This document shows positions 9,452-16,296 of a stretch of 64,000 bases of DNA, piece by piece. The stretch is from Candidatus Kapaibacterium sp. (GTDB taxonomy: Bacteria; Bacteroidota; Ignavibacteria; Kapaibacteriales; UBA2268). Made by a program: the position numbers and the translations under genes. Position 1 is the first letter of the stretch; the number at the start of each line of letters is the position of its first letter. Location of the stretch: contig JBAYUQ010000007.1 of assembly GCA_041675005.1 (NCBI GenBank), positions 89-64,088 on the forward strand. The letters run 5' to 3'. The notes below the pieces were generated by a model. That model did no database searches and had not been told where the DNA came from. It was given only the letters and a program-made list of their open reading frames with translations.

Positions 9452-9471
9452 TTCTTTAAAACTTCCTGTTG

Positions 9472-9545
9472 CTCTAAAAGTTCAGTGACGCAAGATAATT
9501 AAAAAATCATTCAATTTCATTGGCGTAAAAGTTCAGTGAGGGCTG
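9472..9545. promoter_or_regulatory. Two direct copies of CTAAAAGTTCAGTGA(C/G)G, 51 bp apart, in the divergent promoter region
   Basis: 9472-9490 and 9524-9545. Located between the HTH gene (minus, start 9451) and the small-peptide gene (plus, start 9626). Confidence 0.5.
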
Positions 9546-9625
9546 TATTTTTAATATTCACTTGATTTATATTTAAAATATTGATTTTTTTGGAATATTA
9601 ACAATTATAATTTTAGAGAAATACA

Positions 9626-9892
9626 ATGAAAAAAAACATACTTTCAATATTTCTTGTAGTGTCAATGCTTCTAATATTCAATACTTCTGACTTATATTCT
9701 GGAAGAAGGGGTTGTTCCGGTGATAAGTACTGCACAGCTTGCAGCAGCTGTAGTGGATGTAAACATTGTGCTAAAGAGGGTGGTACATGTGGGGTCTGCT
9801 ATACTCCACCCAAGAAGGAACCTAAAGTGAAAACTGAAAAAGATACAATTATCTCAGATAGTTTAAAGGTTAAGAGAAGTAAGAAGAAATAA
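9626..9892 (+). CDS. small secreted Cys-rich peptide/protein
   Basis: 88 aa. N-terminal signal/TM (ILSIFLVVSMLLIF), then 8 Cys in ~35 aa (C-x5-C-x2-C-x2-C-x2-C-x2-C-x6-C-x2-C), then a Lys-rich tail. Confidence 0.45.
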   Translation: MKKNILSIFLVVSMLLIFNTSDLYSGRRGCSGDKYCTACSSCSGCKHCAKEGGTCGVCYTPPKKEPKVKTEKDTIISDSLKVKRSKKK

Positions 9893-10001
9893 GTAAATAG
9901 AAGAGACTTACTTCCAAATTATTGGTATAGTATTCAATTCTACTATTATAAAGATGCTGTATTCTAATATACTTAATTTATAACTTAAAAATGGAGCTCC
10001 A

Positions 10002-10877
10002 ATGTTTAAAGAAGCATATGAAATAGCAAGCAAATACATAAAACCACTTATTGTGGTGCTCAGGTACCAAGACAAATCTGTTGAATGTGGATTAGGAACT
10101 TTAATTATATTAAATGACGAAGGCTGGATAATGACAGCTGCACATAATCTAAATGCTTCTAATGCATATAATCAACACCAACTTGAAATAAAAATGTTTC
10201 AAGAAAAGGTTGATAAAATTAACGCTAATCCAAAACTAAATGAAAATAAAAGAAAAAGACTTATTAAAGCAGTTAAAAGTAATCCTAAATGGATTACTGA
10301 TTTTATAATTTGGTTAGGTGCAGACAAAATACAGATTAAAGAGTCTTTCGTTTATAATGACCACGACATTGCATTTATACGTATAGACAAATTATTTATG
10401 AAAGGAATTACAGAATATCCAAAAATTAAAGACCCTCGAAATTTAAAACAGGGAACAAGCTTATGTAAGTTAGGATTTCCATTTTATCATATTAACGCAA
10501 CTTTTGATGAAACAACAAATAAATTTATTTTTCCTAAAAATACTTTCCCAATACCTAGATTTCCAATTGAAGGGATCTATACTAGAAATTTAATTACTGG
10601 TAAAAGCAATGATAAGACAATGGATGTTATGTACATTGAAACATCTTCACCAGGTCTAAAGGGGCAAAGTGGTGGTCCTATAATAGATATAGATGGTAAT
10701 ATTTATGCTGTACAATCTCAGAATTACACGCTACCGCTTGGTTTCAAAGGGAAGGAAGAAATAAATGGTATTGAGATTGAAGAAAGTCAATTTATAAATG
10801 TTGGTGTTGGAGTTCATACAGAGACTATAGTCACCCTTTTGAAAAAACACAAAATCAAACACGACATTGCACCATGA
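10002..10877 (+). CDS. trypsin-like (S1 family) serine peptidase, no signal peptide
   Basis: Triad-like motifs: 'MTAAHNL' (His), 'DHDIAFIRI' (Asp), 'GQSGGPII' (Ser, GDSGGP-like). Confidence 0.65.
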   Translation: MFKEAYEIASKYIKPLIVVLRYQDKSVECGLGTLIILNDEGWIMTAAHNLNASNAYNQHQLEIKMFQEKVDKINANPKLNENKRKRLIKAVKSNPKWITDFIIWLGADKIQIKESFVYNDHDIAFIRIDKLFMKGITEYPKIKDPRNLKQGTSLCKLGFPFYHINATFDETTNKFIFPKNTFPIPRFPIEGIYTRNLITGKSNDKTMDVMYIETSSPGLKGQSGGPIIDIDGNIYAVQSQNYTLPLGFKGKEEINGIEIEESQFINVGVGVHTETIVTLLKKHKIKHDIAP

Positions 10878-10995
10878 ATAATAAACTGCTTATCACACAA
10901 GTATCATGTGCTTACTGCGGAATGTTATAATGGTAAATGCAATAGTCTCTGGAGTAGATAAGCAGAATAATTGAAATATAGTTAATAGGAATAAA

Positions 10996-11502
10996 ATGAA
11001 AAAAGATATAAATTACGAAGTAGCATTTATTGTTTCAATTATAGGAGGAATGTTAGGAATCGATCGGTTCTATGTTGGGGATATTGGTCTTGGCATTTTG
11101 AAGCTTTTCACAGCTGGTGGTTTTTTTGTCTGGTATATTACAGATATTATAAAGTTTAATAAGTTAAGAATTGAACAGCGAATTGAGCAAAATAAGTTAT
11201 CAGATGAAGAGAGGGAAAAAAGAAGAAAAGAAGAATTGGAAAAAGAGGAACAAAAAAAACGACTTTTACTGTCAAAATATAGTCCCGAGATAGTTGCAAG
11301 AATACAATTAAAGAAACCTGCAATTGGGGATACTTTTGATATCATTAAAGAGATGTTCGGAAATCCTGTTAAATATGATAAAGAAGAAACGGCGAAAACT
11401 ACTAAATATACTCTAAAGTATTACGAAGGACAAAAGGGATCCTACAAGTTAGTGATTGAACTTAAGGATGATTTAGTTTCAAAAATAACTGATAAAAGAT
11501 AA
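10996..11502 (+). CDS. TM2-domain membrane protein
   Basis: 'GGMLGIDRFYVGDIGLGILKLFTAGGFFVWYITD' matches the TM2 signature (G..G.[DH]RFY.G......QL.T.GG.G.W...D). Followed by a KE-rich linker and a C-terminal soluble domain. Confidence 0.65.
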   Translation: MKKDINYEVAFIVSIIGGMLGIDRFYVGDIGLGILKLFTAGGFFVWYITDIIKFNKLRIEQRIEQNKLSDEEREKRRKEELEKEEQKKRLLLSKYSPEIVARIQLKKPAIGDTFDIIKEMFGNPVKYDKEETAKTTKYTLKYYEGQKGSYKLVIELKDDLVSKITDKR

Positions 11503-11516
11503 ATAGAGAGTTAAGA

Positions 11517-11786
11517 ATGTCAATAGAATTAAAAAGAAGTGATTTAAAGTTTGAATATATTTGGACGAGAGACAATGGTGACTCTCTTAGTACTGATGAG
11601 CGAGATAGAAGTAAAATAGATTTGGATGAAGGATATGAAGTGCTTCATTTCTTAAATTCATTATATAAAGACTTAAATATTAATATTAAAATAGAGGCTT
11701 TGTATATTGAAGATTTACTATATCAAAAACCTGGTAAATTACAGATTAGGAAGGATATTAAGGATTGGATAAAAACACAAATCTGA
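11517..11786 (+). CDS. hypothetical protein
   Basis: 89-aa ORF, AAGAATG start context. No motif. Confidence 0.35.
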   Translation: MSIELKRSDLKFEYIWTRDNGDSLSTDERDRSKIDLDEGYEVLHFLNSLYKDLNINIKIEALYIEDLLYQKPGKLQIRKDIKDWIKTQI

Positions 11787-11801
11787 AATAGTGTTATAAT
11801 C

Positions 11802-12428
11802 TTATTTTATAACATTTATAAACCAATATGCTTCAATCTTATCTGCTAATATTTGACCTGAGTGTACAACTCTCCCCAAATTTCGTTTATTCTCTTCACT
11901 CGGCCAAGGATCTCGAACAATTATATTTGTTATTATAGGTCCAATTTGAGATAAATAATAGCTTACTGCAGTTACAACAACAGCATGACCAGAATTAGGA
12001 CCCGTTTTATAAGCTATAATGACAGGCCTTTGATTTATAAGTTGTTCGATAAGTGTAGCTGGTGTAGGGGCTCCTCTTCCCATTAAAGCTTGGACAGTAT
12101 AAGCATATCCATAACTATCAATACCCCAATTGTTTAAGTTATAATGAATCGATTCTAGTGAACCTCCCCAGTTAGGTAAGTTTCCATAATCATCAGTTCC
12201 ATATGTACGATAAACAATTTGTTCTTGACTAATATTTACACCATAGCCAGTTAAAACCATTTGGATTGATGCAGCCCAACACCATTGAGAACTATTTTGT
12301 TTCGCTGAATAAAAGTTTACAACTCCAGATGGAACACCGACAGTTATTTGTTGTGCATTAGTATTTAATGTTGCGATAGCTAACAATAAAGGAATACAAA
12401 AAGTGAATTTAATATTGACATGTCTCAT
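11802..12428 (-). CDS. secreted papain-like cysteine peptidase-like protein (Peptidase_C39_2/BtrH-like)
   Basis: Signal peptide (MRHVNIKFTFCIPLLLAIATLNTNAQQ). 'QNSSQWCWAASIQMVLTGYG' matches the C39-like Q...C.xAS..M.L nucleophile motif; downstream 'SGHAVVVTAV' is a candidate catalytic His. Confidence 0.55.
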   Translation of the reverse strand: MRHVNIKFTFCIPLLLAIATLNTNAQQITVGVPSGVVNFYSAKQNSSQWCWAASIQMVLTGYGVNISQEQIVYRTYGTDDYGNLPNWGGSLESIHYNLNNWGIDSYGYAYTVQALMGRGAPTPATLIEQLINQRPVIIAYKTGPNSGHAVVVTAVSYYLSQIGPIITNIIVRDPWPSEENKRNLGRVVHSGQILADKIEAYWFINVIK

Positions 12429-12547
12429 AACCTATCCTGATTATTTGATTTAACAATTAAGCTAATACCAATTAAATAAAAAATTCAAACAAAAAGAAAA
12501 AATTACTAAAAAAATACTAGCACTGAACTTATAGAGCAATGCAGGAA

Positions 12548-12955
12548 CTACTTAATAATATCAATAATCTCCCACCCCTTCATAATATGCCTAAAATACT
12601 CATTTGTTGGCTTCAAATCGACTCCAAGCATATCTTCATTAGCGATGTAAACAACACATTCTTTAAGACCGTCGGCAGTCTCTATACTCAAATAACTCTT
12701 GGTATAATGTGCAGGAAATCCCTCATACATATCAAGTATCTTAATCGCTTTCTGGGATAATTTATAAATTATACCAGCAACATAGGAATCATCACAGATT
12801 TCTATGGTTGCATATCCTCGGCCTGGTATATTAGATTTTTTGTTGAAAGTTAGTTTATAACCTTGCAAGACTCCATGTTCCATTCCATAATAAACACCAA
12901 CCCTCTCTTTTAGCCTGTCTGGGTTCATATTTGAACCATATGCGAAGTATAACAT
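12548..12955 (-). CDS. gamma-glutamyl cyclotransferase (GGCT/AIG2/GGACT-like)
   Basis: N-terminal 'MLYFAYGSNMNPDRLKERVG' is the YGSNL/M signature of the AIG2-like/GGCT fold; ~135 aa is typical. Confidence 0.7.
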   Translation of the reverse strand: MLYFAYGSNMNPDRLKERVGVYYGMEHGVLQGYKLTFNKKSNIPGRGYATIEICDDSYVAGIIYKLSQKAIKILDMYEGFPAHYTKSYLSIETADGLKECVVYIANEDMLGVDLKPTNEYFRHIMKGWEIIDIIK

Positions 12956-13060
12956 ATGTACCTTTTTGATTAATTATTATACTCTAACATAACATAGCTT
13001 TTTGGAATAATCAAGGTCTTTTTCGTAATATTACGTAGCAACAATAAACAAAAATTAAAA

Positions 13061-14188
13061 ATGGCAAAGAGTAGAACTCGTAACCGATGGAAACATCCTG
13101 ATCGGAAATTCTGTTATTGCTTTAAGAGACCAGAATCCCCTTTTATTTATACTTCCGTATTCTCCAAGCGTGAAGTAACTGACCTTGTGTGGAAAGAGGC
13201 AAATAAAAACGATGCTATGGCGATTCTAGAGAAAAGGATATCTGAGTATATGAATCCGAACGAGACCGAAGAGAAGACACTTAATGACCTCTTTATTCAG
13301 TATGCGAATGTCTATTATTCAAACTATACCAAAGTTCAACAGTCCAGATACAATAAGGCTATAGAATACCTAATTACTAAGAATTTATTATGTTCTGATA
13401 TCAATGCTATTAGAAATGAAGTATTGAATAATCTAACAGACCTGAATAAAAAATATTCAGAGCCGTATGTTTACAAGATACTAGGTTCACTAAAAAAGAT
13501 TTTTGATTTTGGTATTGAAGAAGAATACTTGACCAGAAATCCCATCAAGAAGGCAATGTTCCCAATAGGAGGTAAAAGAGCAAGACAGATATTTTTTAGT
13601 AAGGAAGAGATTGATAAGCTTCTCCCCTATTGCCGTGAAAAGCGTGGTGATGAGTTTGGAGATTTAGTTGAATTAATCTCTATTATAGGCCCACGAATAA
13701 ATGAAGTAATATTGGGTGAAGTTAAGGATGTTGATTTGGAGAACAAACAAATGACAATTCGAGACTTCAAAAGAGCAAACAAAAACTTTGGAGAGACATT
13801 CACTCCACGATATATTGATATAGAGATATTTGACAATTACACTAGTCTGTATGAATTATTAGAACGTATTATATCAAGAGAAAATGGTAAGTATTATTTT
13901 AGATGGCAATCTTATGCTAATTTAGAGCGATGGTTAAGAGAAGATATGAAAGCTCTTAAAATGTATGAACCAACTAAAAACTTTCACGCTATTCGAAAGT
14001 ATGCAATAAATGAATTTATTTTGAAAGGTTTTCCTGTTTCTTTAGGAAGTCACTTCTTTGGACACAACGAAGCTGTCATGAAAAAGCACTATTTAGAAGT
14101 AATGGGACCTAAGAAATTCAAAGAATTCATACAAAATTCAATGAAAAACGTGCATACTTTACCCAATGAATACCCAGTAGAGAAATAA
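13061..14188 (+). CDS. tyrosine-type site-specific integrase
   Basis: C-terminal catalytic-region motifs 'FHAIRKYA' and 'FGHNEAVMKKHYLEV' (R...H..R...Y pattern). Located 46 bp from the 3' end of tRNA-Lys. Confidence 0.8.
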   Translation: MAKSRTRNRWKHPDRKFCYCFKRPESPFIYTSVFSKREVTDLVWKEANKNDAMAILEKRISEYMNPNETEEKTLNDLFIQYANVYYSNYTKVQQSRYNKAIEYLITKNLLCSDINAIRNEVLNNLTDLNKKYSEPYVYKILGSLKKIFDFGIEEEYLTRNPIKKAMFPIGGKRARQIFFSKEEIDKLLPYCREKRGDEFGDLVELISIIGPRINEVILGEVKDVDLENKQMTIRDFKRANKNFGETFTPRYIDIEIFDNYTSLYELLERIISRENGKYYFRWQSYANLERWLREDMKALKMYEPTKNFHAIRKYAINEFILKGFPVSLGSHFFGHNEAVMKKHYLEVMGPKKFKEFIQNSMKNVHTLPNEYPVEK

Positions 14189-14234
14189 AAAAAGGTTAAC
14201 TACTTTATTACAAGTAATTAACCTTAAATGGTTG

Positions 14235-14307
14235 TGACTCCTACAGGATTCGAACCTGTGGCCCTTTGATTAAAAATCAAATGCTCTACCGGCTGAGCTA
14301 AGGAGTC
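14235..14307 (-). tRNA. tRNA-Lys (anticodon UUU)
   Basis: Manually folded: acceptor GACTCCT/AGGAGTC, D-arm GCTC-AGCCGGTA-GAGC, anticodon stem TTTGA/TCAAA with loop TTTTTAA (anticodon TTT), T-arm ACAGG-TTCGAAT-CCTGT, discriminator A. CCA is not encoded. Confidence 0.85.
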
Positions 14308-14377
14308 GCCGTCTCAAAAACAGAATGCAAAACTAAGGCATATTGAATTAATATGCAAACATTTTGCAAAAAAAATA

Positions 14378-16294
14378 CTAAATTTCTATCTTATGATTAA
14401 TCTTATTTAATATAAGATTTGCTATCCCTTTACTATCCAATCCGATAGATTCGAATTGTTCTTCTTGTGTTCCATGCTCTACGAATATATCATCTATACC
14501 ATGTATAGTAAGATTATTGTGATAATTCATTTCGGCCATATATTCTGCAACTGCCGAACCAAATCCACCTTGCTTTTGCCCATCTTCTACTGTGAATATA
14601 TGCATATCTGTTCTGCATATTTCATCAACCATATTATGATCTAACGGTTTAACGAAACGTGCGTTCACTACTTTCGCATGAACACCTTCCGCTTCTAGTA
14701 GCTCAGCTGCTTCCATAGCTATGGGAACCATATTACCAAGTGCTAATATAGCCACATCCGCCCCATCTCTAAGTGTTTCTGATTGACCAAGCTCTATTGC
14801 GTTCATCGGCTTGATTGGAACGCCTACAGACTCGCCACGAGGGAATCTGATAGCTACGGGACCATTAGTAAATTTGTAAACTGCAGAGTAAAGCATATCT
14901 CGTAATTCTTGTTCATCTTTTGGAGCCATTAGAACTATACCTTGTATAGGGCGAAGGTAAGTGATATCCAATACACCGTGGTGAGTTGGGCCATCAGCAC
15001 CTACTAATCCAGCTCTATCCAATGCAAAAACTACATGTAGCTTCTGTATTGCGCAATCGTGAACTAGGTGATCATACGCTCTTTGCAGGAATGAAGAATA
15101 GATAGCAACTATTGGTACAACGCCTTGCGAAGCTAATCCTGCTGCAAAAGTAACAGCATGACCTTCGGCTATACCTACGTCTATTACACGCTCGGGCATT
15201 TCCTTTTGTACTCTATCTAATCCAGTACCATCGGGCATTGCTGCTGTGATTGATACTATTTTAGTATCTTTTTTGCATAATTCGAGAACTGCATCACCAA
15301 ATACATCTTGATATTTTGGTGGTTTAGGAGCAGATGGAGCACCAGCAACCGATTTACCAGTTATTTTATCAATCTTGCCTATAGCGTGCATATATTGCTT
15401 GTCGCGTGTAGCAAACTCGTAGCCGTGACCCTTTTGCGTCATAACGTGAAGGAATATCGGCCCTTCCATATCTTTAATGTTTTCTAGAATACTAACTAGT
15501 TTGTTTATATTGTGACCATTTACAGGGCCAATATAGTTGAAGCCAAGTGCTTCGAACAAAACTCCTGGTGTTATCACAGCTTTTACGCCGTCTTCCAGCT
15601 TAGAAGCTATCTTACGCAATCTATCACCCAAATCATCCATTTTGCCAGTGACTTGCCAAGCTTTTGCTCGCATTTTCTTAAATGGTTTCGATGTAAATAT
15701 CTCACTAAAATAGTTTGATAAAGCAGAAACATTGGGAGCAATTGAGAAATTATTATCATTCATTATTACTAGTAAGTCTTTTTGCAACACACCAGCATTA
15801 TTCAATGCCTCGAAAGCAAGACCACCTGTCATAGCACCATCGCCTATGATAGATACTACTTTGTATTTGTGATTATTAATATCTCTTGCAGCGGCAATAC
15901 CAAGTGCAGCTGAGATACTTGTACTAGCGTGACCGGCACCAAACTCATCATACTCACTTTCAGTTCTTTTAAGAAATCCAGATAAACCATCTTTTTGACG
16001 GATTGTATGAAGTTGATCTCTACGACCAGTTAATACTTTGTGAGGGTAACCTTGGTGACCAGTGTCTATTATAATCTTGTCTTCGGGAGTATTGAAAACA
16101 TAATGCAAAGCCACTGTAAGCTCTACTATACCCAAGCCAGCACCAAAGTGACCACCTATCTGTGATATAGTATCGATAATATACTCACGGACTTCATCAC
16201 AAACAACCGGCAGACTGGAAGCTTTAAGCTTACGCAAATCTGCCGGTGAATTTATATCCATTAAGTATTTATAGTCTGAATGATTAGACATCAA
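14378..16294 (-). CDS. dxs: 1-deoxy-D-xylulose-5-phosphate synthase
   Basis: 638 aa. N-terminal 'GHFGAGLGIVELTVALHYVFNTPEDKIIIDTGHQGYPHK' (ThDP-binding GDG...HQ) and transketolase-like C-terminal domains. Confidence 0.9.
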   Translation of the reverse strand: MMSNHSDYKYLMDINSPADLRKLKASSLPVVCDEVREYIIDTISQIGGHFGAGLGIVELTVALHYVFNTPEDKIIIDTGHQGYPHKVLTGRRDQLHTIRQKDGLSGFLKRTESEYDEFGAGHASTSISAALGIAAARDINNHKYKVVSIIGDGAMTGGLAFEALNNAGVLQKDLLVIMNDNNFSIAPNVSALSNYFSEIFTSKPFKKMRAKAWQVTGKMDDLGDRLRKIASKLEDGVKAVITPGVLFEALGFNYIGPVNGHNINKLVSILENIKDMEGPIFLHVMTQKGHGYEFATRDKQYMHAIGKIDKITGKSVAGAPSAPKPPKYQDVFGDAVLELCKKDTKIVSITAAMPDGTGLDRVQKEMPERVIDVGIAEGHAVTFAAGLASQGVVPIVAIYSSFLQRAYDHLVHDCAIQKLHVVFALDRAGLVGADGPTHHGVLDITYLRPIQGIVLMAPKDEQELRDMLYSAVYKFTNGPVAIRFPRGESVGVPIKPMNAIELGQSETLRDGADVAILALGNMVPIAMEAAELLEAEGVHAKVVNARFVKPLDHNMVDEICRTDMHIFTVEDGQKQGGFGSAVAEYMAEMNYHNNLTIHGIDDIFVEHGTQEEQFESIGLDSKGIANLILNKINHKIEI

Positions 16295-16296
16295 TC

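Larger units (their letters stand above)
1..14307. mobile_element. Right-hand portion of a prophage/integrative element integrated at tRNA-Lys (left end outside window)
   Basis: Phage-type gene set with SD leaders and tight coupling, an accessory block, and an integrase adjacent to the tRNA 3' end. Housekeeping genes (dxs etc.) begin immediately beyond the tRNA. Confidence 0.6.

Noticed and set aside
10878-10995. 9-bp inverted repeat CTGCTTATC ... GATAAGCAG (about 50-nt loop) after the S1 protease gene
   Set aside because: Long loop, no flanking T-run and no recurrence elsewhere. Weak evidence for a terminator or a binding site.
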